Origin: an uncultured Alphaproteobacteria bacterium
GTDB taxonomy: Bacteria > Pseudomonadota > Alphaproteobacteria > Rhizobiales > Xanthobacteraceae
Length of the DNA: 64,000 nt
Direction of reading: 5' to 3'
NCBI GenBank assembly: GCA_963786355.1
Contig: CAWAYU010000004.1
Coordinates: 338,293-402,292, forward strand
This document shows, in pieces, positions 53,253 to 64,000 of the stretch (positions are counted from its first letter, which is position 1; every line of letters begins with the position of its first letter). The position numbers were made by a program, and so were the translations under genes. The notes beneath the pieces are model-generated. The model ran no database searches. It saw only the letters and a program-made list of their open reading frames with translations, and was not told the origin of the DNA.

Positions 53253-56200
53253 ATGACGCTCACAACCAGGCTTGCCATCGCGATGATTGCGTTGGTCGCG
53301 ATCGCGGTCTCCGCGGTCGGATGGCTGAGCTATAACAGCCTGGTTCAGGCGCTTCTGCCGCGCGTTCTCGACCGGATCGAGACGCATGCGAGATTCGTTG
53401 CCAATGATCTGGAGTCGCATGTTCGCACCGGGCGGGGCGACATCGCTACCTTTCGTCGCCTGGCAGCGGTGACGGGATTGATGCGCGCCCGCCTCAACGG
53501 CGGGGTCGATCCAACCGATGGCACCCCTGAGGCCGTCTGGCGCGAGCGGCTCGAAGCCCGCCTGGCCGCCCAGATGCCGCTGAGGCCGGCCTATGCGCTT
53601 CGCTTCATCGGCGTCGAGGACGGCCACCGCGAAATCGTCCGGGTCGACCGCTCGGGTCCGAACAAGGCTGTTCGCATCGTACCGGAAGCGGAGTTGAAGC
53701 GCGTCGGCGACGCGCCGTATTTCCGCGACACGATCGGCCTCGGCCCCGACGGAATCTATGTCTCGCCGGTCGATTTGAACGAAGAGAACGGCGTGATCGA
53801 GACCCCGCAAGTGGCGACGATGCGGATCGCCATGCCGGTCATGACATCCGACGGCAAGCCGTTCGGTATCGTCGTCATCACGGCCGACATGCAGCCGGCG
53901 CTCGACCGCGTCCGCTCATCGGTGCGGCTGGGCGAAGAGGTGTATCTGGTCGATGCCAGGGGCAACTACCTTGTTCATCCCGACCGGACGCGCGAATTCG
54001 CCGCGCAACTGGGCAAGCCTTCCGACTGGCGCACGGACTTTCCGGATCTGGCGGCGGCGGTCGGCACCACGCAAAGTATCGCCCTTATCGCCCCCCGTCA
54101 GGCCGACCAGCGCGGCGGTGAGGCAATGGCCCCCGCTTCGCTTGCCGGCAGCGAGTGGACCGCGGTGATCGAGTTGGTGTCGAACGCCGTCTTCATGGCT
54201 CCGGCGCAGGCGATCCAGAAGAGCTCGATCACAGTGGGCTTGATCGCCGTATTGTGCGCGACGGGTCTGGCCCTTCTGATCGCGCGATCGCTGACCCGGC
54301 CGATCGTTCAACTGACGGCAGCCGTCGAGGCCGCCGCCCGCAGCGGAACGGCAGCGATCCCGGTCGACGCCCCCGGCGAGACCGGCGTCCTCGCGCGCGA
54401 ATTTGCACGCGTGATCCAGGAAGCCAACGCCAAGACCGTAGCGCTCGAGCGCGAGGTCGGGGAACATCGCCGCACCATCGCGGCGCGCGACCATCATGCG
54501 GAGCGCGAACGGCTGTTCAGCGCGGCGGTTGAATCCTCCAACGACGCCATCATCACGATGTCGCTTGACGGCACCATCACCGGCTGGAACTCGGCCGCCG
54601 AACGCCTGTTCGGATACACGGCGGCGGAGGCCGCCGGCCGGAGCATCGCGCTGCTCGTCCCTGAAGACCGGCTGTCGGAGGTGCAGGACTCGTTGCGCCG
54701 CATCGGCTGGGGCGAAAGCATCGAGCACAACGAGACGGTTCGGGTGCGAAAGGACGGCACGCCGATCGAGGTCTCGCTCAGCATTTCCCCGATCAAGGCG
54801 CCCTCGGGCGCCACCATCGGCATCTCGAAGGTGGCGCGCGATATCGCCGACAGCAACAAGACCCGGCAGGTGCTGCGGCAGCAGACCGAAGAGCTTCGCC
54901 GCATCTTCGAGACGTCGCAGGACCTGATCCTGGTGCTGGATTCCCGGGGAATCCTGGTCCAGATCAGCCCGAGCTGCGAGGCCGTCCTGGGATTCCGGCC
55001 CGAGGAAATGATCGGCCGCAGCGGTAACGATTTCATCCACCCCGACCATCTCGAGAACGCCCGCGAGGAAATGCGCGCGGCGCGGCGAGGGCTGCGGCCG
55101 AAGATTTCCGACACGCGCTGCATCCACAAGGACGGCCGCCCGGTATGGCTGTCCTGGCTCGGAACATGGTCCGAACCGGTCAAGCGGTTCTTCTTTGTCG
55201 GCCGCGACATGACCGAGAGCCGAATGGCGCAGGAAACCTTGCGCGAAAGCGAGCAGCTCGCGCGCGGCATCATCAATTCCGCGCTCGATGCGTTCGTCCA
55301 GACCGACGCACGTGGCATCATCCGCGACTGGAATTCGCAAGCCGAGGTCATTTTCGGATGGCCGCGGGCGGAAATGCTTGGAAAAAACGTCTTCACGATG
55401 ATCGCGCCGGATCCGACCCAGGGGCCGATCCAGACAGACCTCGGCACTTTTTTGCAGTCCGGCCACGAACAGGTTTTACGGCCCCGGCGCGAGGTTCGGG
55501 CCAGACGGCGCGACGGAACTGAATTCACGACCGAGTTGAGCATCACCGCGCTGAAGACCCGCGACGGATTCGTATTCAACTGCTTCATGCGCGACCTCAC
55601 CGAAAAGATCACGGCCGAGGACCGAATCCGGCAGGCCGAAAAGATGGAGGCCGTCGGCCAGCTCACCGGCGGCATTGCGCACGACTTCAACAATATCCTG
55701 ACGGTGATCACGGGAACGATCGAAATCCTGGCCGACGCGGTCAAGGGCGAACCGCAACTCGCCGCGATCACGCGGATGATCGACGAAGCTGCCTCACGGG
55801 GCGCCGATCTCACCCAGCATCTGCTCGCCTTCGCTCGCAAGCAGCCGCTTGAACCCAAGGAGACCGACGTCAACACGCTGATCATCGACACCGCCAAGCT
55901 GCTGCAGCGAACGCTCGGCGAGCATGTCGAAATCGAATCGGTGTTCGAGGACGAGATATGCCCGGCGCTGGTCGATCCCAATCAGCTCGCCACCGCGATC
56001 CTCAATCTCGCCCTCAACGCCCGCGACGCCATGCCGGATGGCGGCAAGCTCATCATCGAGACCGGGTCGGTCGTGCTCGACGAGAACTATGCCAGGATGC
56101 ACAGCGACGTCCGGCCCGGCCGCTACGCCATGATCGCAGTCAGCGATACCGGGACCGGCATCGCGCCTGACATGCTCGACAAGGTGTTCAATCCGTTCTT

Positions 56201-56762
56201 CACCTCAAAGGGTCCCGGCAAGGGTACCGGCCTCGGGCTGAGCATGGTGTACGGCTTCGTCAAGCAATCAGCCGGGCACATCATGATCTACAGCGAGCAG
56301 GGCCACGGCACGACGATCAAGATGTATCTGCCGCCGGCCGCCGGAACCCTGCCGGCCGCCGAGCCGACGCCGGCGCCCGTCGTCGAGGGCGGTCACGAAA
56401 CCATCCTGGTTGTCGAAGACGACAAACTGGTGCGCGACTATGTGCTGACGCAGCTGCATTCGCTGGGCTACGTCACGCTGGATGCCGCGAACGCGACCGA
56501 AGCGCTCGCGATCACCAATGCCGGCCATCCGTTCGATCTGCTTTTCACCGACGTGATCATGCCCGGCCTCAACGGCCGCCAGCTCGCCAACGAGATATTG
56601 GCGATCAAGCCCGGGCTGAAGGTGCTGTTCACGTCGGGTTATACGGAAAATGCGATCATCCATCACGGCCGGCTTGATGAGGGCGTGCTGCTGCTCGCCA
56701 AACCCTATCGCAAATCGGATATGGCGATCATGATCCGGAAAGCGCTGGTGGATCAGGCCTGA
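53253..56762 (+). CDS. Hybrid sensor histidine kinase (Cache-HAMP-3xPAS-HisKA-HATPase-REC)
   Basis: AHDFNN, NARDAM, DTGTG, PFFT, GTGLGL and FTDVIMP. Confidence 0.93.
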   Translation: MTLTTRLAIAMIALVAIAVSAVGWLSYNSLVQALLPRVLDRIETHARFVANDLESHVRTGRGDIATFRRLAAVTGLMRARLNGGVDPTDGTPEAVWRERLEARLAAQMPLRPAYALRFIGVEDGHREIVRVDRSGPNKAVRIVPEAELKRVGDAPYFRDTIGLGPDGIYVSPVDLNEENGVIETPQVATMRIAMPVMTSDGKPFGIVVITADMQPALDRVRSSVRLGEEVYLVDARGNYLVHPDRTREFAAQLGKPSDWRTDFPDLAAAVGTTQSIALIAPRQADQRGGEAMAPASLAGSEWTAVIELVSNAVFMAPAQAIQKSSITVGLIAVLCATGLALLIARSLTRPIVQLTAAVEAAARSGTAAIPVDAPGETGVLAREFARVIQEANAKTVALEREVGEHRRTIAARDHHAERERLFSAAVESSNDAIITMSLDGTITGWNSAAERLFGYTAAEAAGRSIALLVPEDRLSEVQDSLRRIGWGESIEHNETVRVRKDGTPIEVSLSISPIKAPSGATIGISKVARDIADSNKTRQVLRQQTEELRRIFETSQDLILVLDSRGILVQISPSCEAVLGFRPEEMIGRSGNDFIHPDHLENAREEMRAARRGLRPKISDTRCIHKDGRPVWLSWLGTWSEPVKRFFFVGRDMTESRMAQETLRESEQLARGIINSALDAFVQTDARGIIRDWNSQAEVIFGWPRAEMLGKNVFTMIAPDPTQGPIQTDLGTFLQSGHEQVLRPRREVRARRRDGTEFTTELSITALKTRDGFVFNCFMRDLTEKITAEDRIRQAEKMEAVGQLTGGIAHDFNNILTVITGTIEILADAVKGEPQLAAITRMIDEAASRGADLTQHLLAFARKQPLEPKETDVNTLIIDTAKLLQRTLGEHVEIESVFEDEICPALVDPNQLATAILNLALNARDAMPDGGKLIIETGSVVLDENYARMHSDVRPGRYAMIAVSDTGTGIAPDMLDKVFNPFFTSKGPGKGTGLGLSMVYGFVKQSAGHIMIYSEQGHGTTIKMYLPPAAGTLPAAEPTPAPVVEGGHETILVVEDDKLVRDYVLTQLHSLGYVTLDAANATEALAITNAGHPFDLLFTDVIMPGLNGRQLANEILAIKPGLKVLFTSGYTENAIIHHGRLDEGVLLLAKPYRKSDMAIMIRKALVDQA

Positions 56763-57388
56763 CGCTGGGTGGTCATCACGATGCGGACCAGATCGGCGGC
56801 GTTCCGCGCACCGAGCTTCTTCATGATGTTGGCGCGATGATCCTCGATCGTGCGCGGGCTGATCCCGAGTTGGCGCCCGGCTTCCTTGTTGGATGCACCC
56901 GCGGTGAACTGTTCCAGCACCTCGCGCTCGCGCCGCGTGAGCGGTTCGCGTCCGGGAAAATGCAGCGTCGCAATCCGCGATGCTGAGTTTTCTGCCTGAC
57001 GGCGGGCATATGCCTCGATCGCCTCGTCCAGTCTCGCCACGATCTCGCTACCGCGAAACGGCTTTTCAATGAAGTCCAGCGCGCCGTTCTTGATGGCGGT
57101 GACCGCCATCGCGATGTCGCCCTGCCCGGAGATCATGAAGATCGGCGCAGGGTAGTCCTCGCCATGAAGCTCTTTCAGAATGTCGAGGCCGGATTTACCG
57201 GGAATGTTGACGTCGAGCAGGATGCAGGATGGCGTCCGGCTTCTTGCAACCGCGAGCAACGCCGCGCCATCGGCAAAACAGATCACCTGATAGCCGCCGC
57301 CCGTCAGGACCATGGACAGCGTATCGCGAACGGCCGGGTCATCGTCGACTACGAATATCTCCCCGCGGGAGAGGGCCTTTTCAGCCAT
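56753..57388 (-). CDS. FixJ/LuxR family response regulator
   Basis: VVDDD, LLDVNIP, FIEKPF and LTRRE...ISPRTIEDHRAN. Confidence 0.92.
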   Translation of the reverse strand: MAEKALSRGEIFVVDDDPAVRDTLSMVLTGGGYQVICFADGAALLAVARSRTPSCILLDVNIPGKSGLDILKELHGEDYPAPIFMISGQGDIAMAVTAIKNGALDFIEKPFRGSEIVARLDEAIEAYARRQAENSASRIATLHFPGREPLTRREREVLEQFTAGASNKEAGRQLGISPRTIEDHRANIMKKLGARNAADLVRIVMTTQRQA

Positions 57389-57541
57389 GTTTCATCGTCC
57401 ATGAGTGGTGAATCATGACGCATACTCAAGTGACGGTATCTAGCTTCATACCGGCTCAAACTGCACCGTATTTGTACGGGACGATCGCTTAACGCACAAG
57501 TAGCGACGCGCACCCTAAAAAGAAACGGAAGGAGCGTAGCC

Positions 57542-57892
57542 ATGCCGAATGCAGCAGTCGACGGCGCCGAGCGCGGGCCCTATGGCCAGAACGACACCTA
57601 TCGATCGGTTGTTTCGGGCCTCGTTGGCCTCATCGAGCATGTCCAGGCGAACCTGCGGCTGCTCGAAGCGGCGATGATCCGGGAAACCTTGCTCGGCAGC
57701 CAGGAAAACGCCACCAACGTCATCGTGCTGGATGACGTCTCGCCCCGCTACGTCAGCGCGACGGAGGCGCTGAGAGCCTGTGACGCCAATCTCGGCGGCG
57801 CCCTCCACTCCCTGCTCGATTCCAGTGCGCCGAAGCGCGGCAGCAGCGGGTATGCTGAAGCCCCTCCGGCGTTCTCGATGGCGCTGGTCTAG
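57542..57892 (+). CDS. Hypothetical helical protein
   Basis: GAAGGAG RBS, 116 aa, plausible codon usage. Confidence 0.65.
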   Translation: MPNAAVDGAERGPYGQNDTYRSVVSGLVGLIEHVQANLRLLEAAMIRETLLGSQENATNVIVLDDVSPRYVSATEALRACDANLGGALHSLLDSSAPKRGSSGYAEAPPAFSMALV

Positions 57893-57944
57893 CTGACGAC
57901 GGCGTTCTGCTGGAACTCACCACGTCCCCACAGATTTTCGCCAT

Positions 57945-58020
57945 TAGAGCGTGATCTCCGGGCAAACGCTTCGCGTTTGTCCCGAGAGGAAACCGGTACC
58001 CACTTATTTCCGGATCATGC
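57945..58020. repeat. REP-like element (ACCGGTxCCCACTT family) with hairpin module
   Basis: TAGAGCGTGATC...CAAACGCTTCGCGTTTG...ACCGGTACCCACTT...GGATCATGC. Confidence 0.6.
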
Positions 58021-58151
58021 ACCAGCCGCCGCTGCGCCGATTGCTGGCGTGCAGCATGCCACGGCCGCACGGATGGAACGGAACTTGCGGTCGGATGCCC
58101 GGATACGGCTGCTTGACACAAACCGGAGGGTTGCTCGAAGGCCCGATCGCC

Positions 58152-58475
58152 TCAGCTCATCATCTCTTCGTTCTTCGATGACCCGCCCGGCCGCTTCTTG
58201 GCGTGCTTGCCCCTGAGGAAATGAATGTCCATTTCCGTGCCATTGACGCGAACCAGTTCGCATCGACGATAGGCAAGGCCGGTCGACGACAACAGCAGGA
58301 AGAATTCCTTGAGATTGAGGCCCTGGATCGAGCCTTCGACGGTCAAGGTAGCTTCGGTATCCGAGATCGAGTTGAGCTGGCAATCGCGGCGCCACGTGCC
58401 GTCGATCGCCATGAGGCAGACATCATAGCCTCGGCTGAACGTGACGCGCTCCGTGCCCTTGTTGTCCTCAGACAT
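58152..58475 (-). CDS. PilZ domain protein (degenerate motifs)
   Basis: MAIDGTWRRDC, EFFLLLS and RRCELVRVNG. Confidence 0.8.
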   Translation of the reverse strand: MSEDNKGTERVTFSRGYDVCLMAIDGTWRRDCQLNSISDTEATLTVEGSIQGLNLKEFFLLLSSTGLAYRRCELVRVNGTEMDIHFLRGKHAKKRPGGSSKNEEMMS

Positions 58476-58478
58476 TCC

Positions 58479-59342
58479 TCAATGCCCTGCCATCGCCGCG
58501 ATTTTTGGCATCAGTGTTGCGGCCGGCGCGCGCGCGCCGCTCGGCCGGTAAAGCCCGCGCTTGTCCGGGAACGGCTTGAACACATCGGTCAGGCCGACAA
58601 CGGTTTCCGCCGCGCCCAGCACCAGGAAACCATCCTGTTCCATCGTCTTGGCGAGACGGCCGAAGATATTGATCTTGGTGTCCTGGTCGAAATAGATCAG
58701 CACGTTGCGGCAGAAGACGACGTCGAACGCCCCAAGCTGCGAAAAATCGTGCAGCAGGTTGAGCTGACGGTGCTGAACCATGGCGCGGACGTCGGCGCTG
58801 ATCTGCCAGAGCTCGCCGGTCTGCTTGAAATATTTGACAAGCAATTGAATCGGCAGGCCGCGCTGCACCTCGAACTGGCTGTAGACGCCGGCTTTGGATT
58901 TCTCGAGCACTTCCTGGGACAAGTCGGTCGCAATGATTTCGACCCGCCATCCGGCAAGCGCCGCGCCCATTTCCTTCAGGCACATAGCGAGCGAATACGG
59001 CTCCTGGCCGGTCGAACCGGCCGCGCACCAGATCCGGATGCTCTTGCGATTGACGCGAGCCTTCAGAATCTCGGGCATGATCGCGTCGCGGAAATGATCG
59101 AACGGTACCTTGTCGCGGAAGAAGAAGGTTTCGTTGGTGGTCATGGCTTCGACCACCTGGGCAATGAGGGAAGCCGAGCCGCCCTTCATTTTTTGCACGA
59201 GTTCGCTGATGCCCGGCAGGCCGCATTTGCGCGACAACGGAAGCAGGCGGCTTTCGATCAGATATTGCTTGTCTGCGGACAGGTCGAGACCGGAATGATC
59301 CTTCAACAGCTTACGCAGATACTCATAGTCTGGCGGGGTCAC
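58479..59342 (-). CDS. cheR: Chemotaxis methyltransferase
   Basis: TTNETFFFRD, AGSTGQEPYS and FCRNVLIYF. Confidence 0.95.
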   Translation of the reverse strand: MTPPDYEYLRKLLKDHSGLDLSADKQYLIESRLLPLSRKCGLPGISELVQKMKGGSASLIAQVVEAMTTNETFFFRDKVPFDHFRDAIMPEILKARVNRKSIRIWCAAGSTGQEPYSLAMCLKEMGAALAGWRVEIIATDLSQEVLEKSKAGVYSQFEVQRGLPIQLLVKYFKQTGELWQISADVRAMVQHRQLNLLHDFSQLGAFDVVFCRNVLIYFDQDTKINIFGRLAKTMEQDGFLVLGAAETVVGLTDVFKPFPDKRGLYRPSGARAPAATLMPKIAAMAGH

Positions 59343-59371
59343 GGGAAGCCTCTCTGGGCAGGCGGAAAGGA

Positions 59372-59758
59372 TTAGAGCGTCGGTTCCATAAGCTCGATCA
59401 GGCCGACTTCCCTGAATTTTGCCGCGACGATTTCCTTGTCGAACGGCTTCATGATGTATTCGTTGGCGCCGGCGTGCAGCGCGCGCGAGATATGATCCAT
59501 GCCGTTCTCGGTGGTGCAGAATACGACCTTGGGGACTTCGCCGCCGGGCAAGCGACGGAGATTGGTCAGGAACTCGTAGCCGTCCATGACCGGCATGTTC
59601 CAGTCGAGCAGCACCGCCGTGGGCATGGCGCTCTTGCAGGCTTCGAGCGCCTTCTCGCCGTCCTCGGCTTCGGTGATCTCGAACTCCAGCTCCTCCAGAA
59701 TGCGGCGCGCAATTTTTCGCACGACGCTGGAATCATCGACAACAAGACAAGTCTTCAT
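59372..59758 (-). CDS. cheY: Chemotaxis response regulator
   Basis: VDDS, LDWNMP and MKPF. Confidence 0.9.
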   Translation of the reverse strand: MKTCLVVDDSSVVRKIARRILEELEFEITEAEDGEKALEACKSAMPTAVLLDWNMPVMDGYEFLTNLRRLPGGEVPKVVFCTTENGMDHISRALHAGANEYIMKPFDKEIVAAKFREVGLIELMEPTL

Positions 59759-59800
59759 TTCTCGGCCTCCTTGTTTTGCGAACGGCACATGCCAATCGGG

Positions 59801-60277
59801 CTATGCGGCGAGTGCGGTTTTGGGCACGATTTCGAGCACACGATCGACGTCGAGGACGACCATCAGCTGGCCGTCGAGACGATGGACGCCGCCGGCGAGC
59901 TTGGCCATGCGGGGATCGAGATTGACCGGGTTTTCCTCGCGGCCGGCGTCGGGAAGTTTGAGAACCTCCCCGATCTGGTCGATCAGGAGACCGTAGGACT
60001 CGCCGCGCAGGTCGACGCCAACCGCCATCGGCGGCTTGCCGTCATCGTTCTTGGGCAGGCCGAGCCGGGCGCGCATGTCGACCACGGTGACGATGCGGCC
60101 GCGCAGGTTGAGCACGCCGGCGATCTCGGCCGAGGACAGCGGCACCCGCGTCAGCCGTTCCGGCATGAACACGTCCTGGACGCGCGAGATCGGCAGGCCG
60201 AACAGTTGGCCGCCGATAAAAGCGGTGACGTATTCGGCCACGGTGCCCTCGATGGTATCGGTCTTGGTCGTCGTCAT
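59801..60277 (-). CDS. cheW: Chemotaxis coupling protein
   Basis: GVLNLRGRIVTVVD. Confidence 0.95.
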   Translation of the reverse strand: MTTTKTDTIEGTVAEYVTAFIGGQLFGLPISRVQDVFMPERLTRVPLSSAEIAGVLNLRGRIVTVVDMRARLGLPKNDDGKPPMAVGVDLRGESYGLLIDQIGEVLKLPDAGREENPVNLDPRMAKLAGGVHRLDGQLMVVLDVDRVLEIVPKTALAA

Positions 60278-60328
60278 GGTCTAACTTCCTTATGTCCGGC
60301 CAGGCTTAAGCCGGCCGGCTAAACTTGT

Positions 60329-63098
60329 TTATGCCGCGTGCTTGATGTCGGGGGCCGAGGTCTGTTCCTTCAGCGCCGCGATCAGGCCGGGACGGTCGAA
60401 CTTGGCGACGTAGTCATGGAAGCCTGCCAGCCGCCCACGCTCGATCGCCGCCGGCGACACCACCGAGGACAGCGCGATGATCGGCATTCGGCTGAGGTGC
60501 ATGTCCGCTCGAATCGTTTCAGCGAACTCGAAGCCGTTCATGTCGGGCATCTCGATGTCGGTCAGCACGACGTCGAAGGTCTGGCCCGAGCGCAGTGCGC
60601 GAGAGACCTTCCTGGGCGTTGGGCGCGACCCGCACCTTGTAACCGGCCGCCTTGAGCACCGGCGCCAGCATGTTGCGGAAGAACGCTGAGTCGTCGACCA
60701 GCAGCACCGACTGCGAGGTCATCGACGGGCGCATCTCCTTGCGCGAGAACCAGTCGGCGAACGCCATCGGGAGGAAGTGGCCGACGTCGATCACTTCGGT
60801 GGCCTGGCCCTTGATCACGGCCGAACCCAGAATGCCGGACTGCGAGCCGGCGACCTCGATGTGCAGCCGCTCCTCGACGATGTCGATGATCTCGTCGACG
60901 ACGAGGCCCATCGAACGGCCGTCGTCGGCGAACACCAGGATCGGCTGCGAACCCGTGGTCTGGACGGTGACGCCGTCCATCTGCACCAGCGGCATCAGCT
61001 GCTCGCGGTACTGCACCATGTAGCGGCCGTTGGAGAGTTCGATCTTGTCGGTGGCGATCTCTTCCAGACGGGTCACCAATCCAAGTGGCACCGCCTTGGG
61101 CTGGCTGGAACCGGCGCGGAACACCAGCAGCGAAGTGAGCTGCTCGCCCGAAGAGGCGTGCGCCGCGGCATGCTCGTCGGCGAGTTCGCGGGAGGCGGAG
61201 CCGGCGGCGCCGAGCGCCTTGGCAATGCCGTTGGGGTCGATGATCATGATGACAGCGCCATCACCCAGGATGGTGTTGCCGGAGAACATGTCGATGTGAC
61301 GCAGTTTGGTCGACATCGGCTTGACCACGATTTCTTCGGTGTGGAACACGCCGTCGACCACGATGCCGAAGGTCTGGCTGCCGACCTGCGTGACCACGAT
61401 AAAGCCGTTCTCGGGGTCGGACGAGGTGCCGTCGTCGATCTTCAGGAGCTTCTTCAGGTGCATCAGCGGCAACAGCTTGTTGCGCAACCTCAAGACAGCG
61501 GTGTCCTTGATGCGCTCGATGCGGTGCTCGGAGTTGGCGCGGGCGCGCACCAGTTCGACCACGGAGAGCTGCGGGATCGCAAAGCGGTCGCCGGCGGCTT
61601 CCACGATCAGGGCAGAAACAATCGCAAGCGTCAGCGGGATCTTGATGGTGACGGAAGAGCCCTCGCCGGCCACCGACTTGATGTCGATGGTGCCGCCGAT
61701 CTGGTCGATATTGGTGCGCACCACGTCCATGCCGACGCCGCGGCCGGAGACCGAGGTGACGGTGGCGGCGGTCGAGAAGCCCGGCGCGAAGATGAACTTG
61801 TGGATCTGGGCTTCCGTCATCTTCTCGAGGTCAGCCTCGGAGACGAGACCGTTCTGGAGCGCCTTGGCCTTGATCCGATCGGTGTTGAGCCCGCGGCCGT
61901 TGTCGGCGATGCAGATGATGATGTGGCCGCCTTCATGATAGGCGGAGAGACGAATGGTGCCCTGCTCGGGCTTGCCGCTGGCTGCGCGTTCGGCGGGCGT
62001 CTCCAGGCCGTGGTCGGCGGAGTTGCGCACCATGTGGGTGAGCGGATCCTTGATCAGGTCGAGCACCTGCCGATCGAGTTCGGTGTCGGCGCCGTGCATC
62101 TCCAGTTCGATCTGCTTGCCGAGTTCGCCGGAGAGGTCGCGGACGATGCGCGGCAGTTTCTGCCAGGCATTGCCGATCGGCTGCATCCGCGTCTTCATGA
62201 CGCCTTCCTGCAGCTCGGCGGTGACGTTGGAGAGCCGCTGCAGCGGCACCTTGAACTCGGTGTCCTCGTTGCGGCGGGAGATTTCCAAAAGCTGGTTGCG
62301 GGTCAGCACCAGTTCGGAGACCATGGTCATCAGGTGTTCCAGCGTGTCCACGTTGACGCGGATCGACTGGTTGGCGATTTTGTCGGCTTCCTGGACGTCG
62401 GCCTCGGCCGCTGCCGCCTTCTTCACCGGCTTTGCCTTGGCGGTTTCCTTGGCGGTTTCTTTGGGAGCAGCTTCCTTGGCGACAGGCGCCGGAGCGGGGG
62501 CTGCTGCTTTGGCAACGGGCGCCGGAGCGGGTGCCTCGACTTCGATCTCGGTTTCGCGGAAGGCACGCTCGAGATCGTCGAGCGAAACTTCGCCGGGACG
62601 CAGCTGGCGTTCCAGCACCTGCTCCACCAGCGTGCCCTTCGCTACCGCGGGCGCGGCGGGCGCAACCGGCGGCGCGGCGATCACCGGCACGGGGGCGGCT
62701 TCAGCGACCGGCTCCGCATGGGCTGCGCCTTCGGCCATCTCGTGCAGCTTCTCGATCAGGTCTTCGTCGGTGCCTTCGGGCTCGGTCTCGGTGGCCTCGA
62801 GGCCGGCGAGGATTTCCTTGATGCGGTCGATGGAAGAGAGGATCAGCGTCACGGCGCCGGCCGTCACCGGCATGCCGTCGCGGAATTTGCCCATCAGGGT
62901 CTCGCCGGCATGGGCCAGCGCTTCGAGCCGGGGTAATCCGAGGAAGCCGCAGGTGCCTTTGATCGTGTGAACCAGCCGGAAAATATTGTCCAAAATCTTC
63001 GCATCGGTCGGGTCCTGCTCGAACCGGACCAACTGATTATCGACCGTATCCAGGCTCTCGTTGGTCTCGGTCAGGAACTCCCGCAAAAGATCGTCCAT
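60329..63098 (-). CDS. cheA: Chemotaxis histidine kinase with C-terminal receiver domain (frameshift near 60600)
   Basis: HTIKG, RNSADHG, SGRGVGMDVV and two CheW domains. The receiver ends in ORF 60329..60568. Confidence 0.93.
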
Positions 63099-63639
63099 CT
63101 GAGCATCCCTTCCAAAGTGCACGTAACGGTCGTCTTCTAGGCATACCTGTTCGGGTTTCACGACGACGTTAATTTCACTGTCCGTGCTAATACGGAGGAA
63201 GAGTATTTTCGCTAAATGCCAGCGTGTGTTCGCGACCGCGCGCGTCGACGACGGCGTGCAAAGCGAACGGCATGACCGGCCGCATCGGCGCTGCAAATCC
63301 GCGGCATTCCGAACATTTCTCGCGCAGCCCTTTGTTCAGGGAGAGCCGACATCCGGATTTTTCACCGCGATGATCGAGGCTAAAAACATCTTTCAATTTG
63401 CAACAAATGCATTCAGCTCTGCCGGGCGTTTACGATGACACGGCGCCTCGCTCTGGCATTTTTCACGCATGGTGTCTGCGCAGGCCAGCGTCCGCGCCGA
63501 CCGGCGAATGCGGCACGCGCGCGATCATCTGCCGCGGCGATGTTCGCAGCAACATGTTTGGTGACGGCGATGTTCGATGGATTACGAGTCGAATTTACGC
63601 GCAAGCGCGCGGAATTTCGTAGCCGACCGCGGGCCGGCC

Positions 63640-64000
63640 TCAGGCCGCCAGCAGCGCGTCTTCCCGCTTCATCAGTTTCCGGATTTCCTTGAGCGCCTTG
63701 TACAGCGTTCCGGCAATCACATGACTGTTGATGGCGTCGATCGCAAGACGATCGCCAGGACTGGTCTCGCGCAGGTCGCGCAGAAAACCCTGATACGCGA
63801 TCCGGTATCGCGGAATATCGTTCTTCAGATACATGGTCTGAACGCAGAGATAGAGCCGCTTGACCGGCGTATTGGCGTTCTCTGGAGTGACAGTGTCTTT
63901 TTCGCGAAGGATCGGCGCATCGCCGTCGATCAGGAACGAAGTTCGCGTGCCGGAATTGACGAGCACGGTTTCGCCGATCACGATCCGTTCAAATGGCTTA
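63640..64000 (-). CDS. flbT: Flagellar regulator FlbT-like (5' end outside the window)
   Basis: ILREKD...ANTPVKRLYLCVQTMYL and YKALKEIRKL. Confidence 0.8.
   Translation of the reverse strand, partial: KPFERIVIGETVLVNSGTRTSFLIDGDAPILREKDTVTPENANTPVKRLYLCVQTMYLKNDIPRYRIAYQGFLRDLRETSPGDRLAIDAINSHVIAGTLYKALKEIRKLMKREDALLAA

Noticed and set aside
3568-63098. Frameshifts in coxM, CoA-transferase, hppD, monooxygenase, RND, asmA, cyclase, caspase 2, lssY, ABC permease, SGNH and cheA as pseudogenes or programmed frameshifts
   Set aside because: They are small indels scattered over unrelated genes, the reading resumes cleanly in another frame, and there is no shared slippery motif. Sequencing error is the most likely cause; read polishing would decide.
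63100-63640. Small ORFs and possible CtrA or sigma54 sites between cheA and flbT
   Set aside because: No convincing RBS or protein motif, and only weak partial matches to TTAA-N7-TTAA or TGGCAC-N5-TTGC.

Overview
GC-rich alphaproteobacterial DNA; gene content and repeat families point to Bradyrhizobium/Nitrobacteraceae (inference). At least 13 genes carry frameshifts, mostly in ordinary genes, which looks like uncorrected long-read indel error. In order, the window holds: a partial MCP; a form II coxSLM-type molybdoenzyme; a CoA-transferase; a tyrosine/homogentisate cluster; then a ~17 kb block (15.4-32.7 kb) that is the most interesting part. That block contains two secreted pseudo-caspases, an OmpA-domain protein, an RND pump with two alpha-hairpin-less adaptors and no outer-membrane factor, a Crp regulator, an AsmA protein, a membrane class III cyclase and an orphan protein with class II terpene-cyclase-like motifs. 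Three CRP-type TGTGA-N6-TCACA boxes tie it together. After it come an aminotransferase, an ABC transporter, an MBOAT/SGNH pair, ptrB, a sugar-acid catabolic operon, two-component genes, a cheB-less che cluster with PilZ, and partial flbT. Many REP-like palindromes fill the intergenic spaces. I saw no rRNA, tRNA, CRISPR array or transposase. Family assignments come from motif recognition, not database searches.
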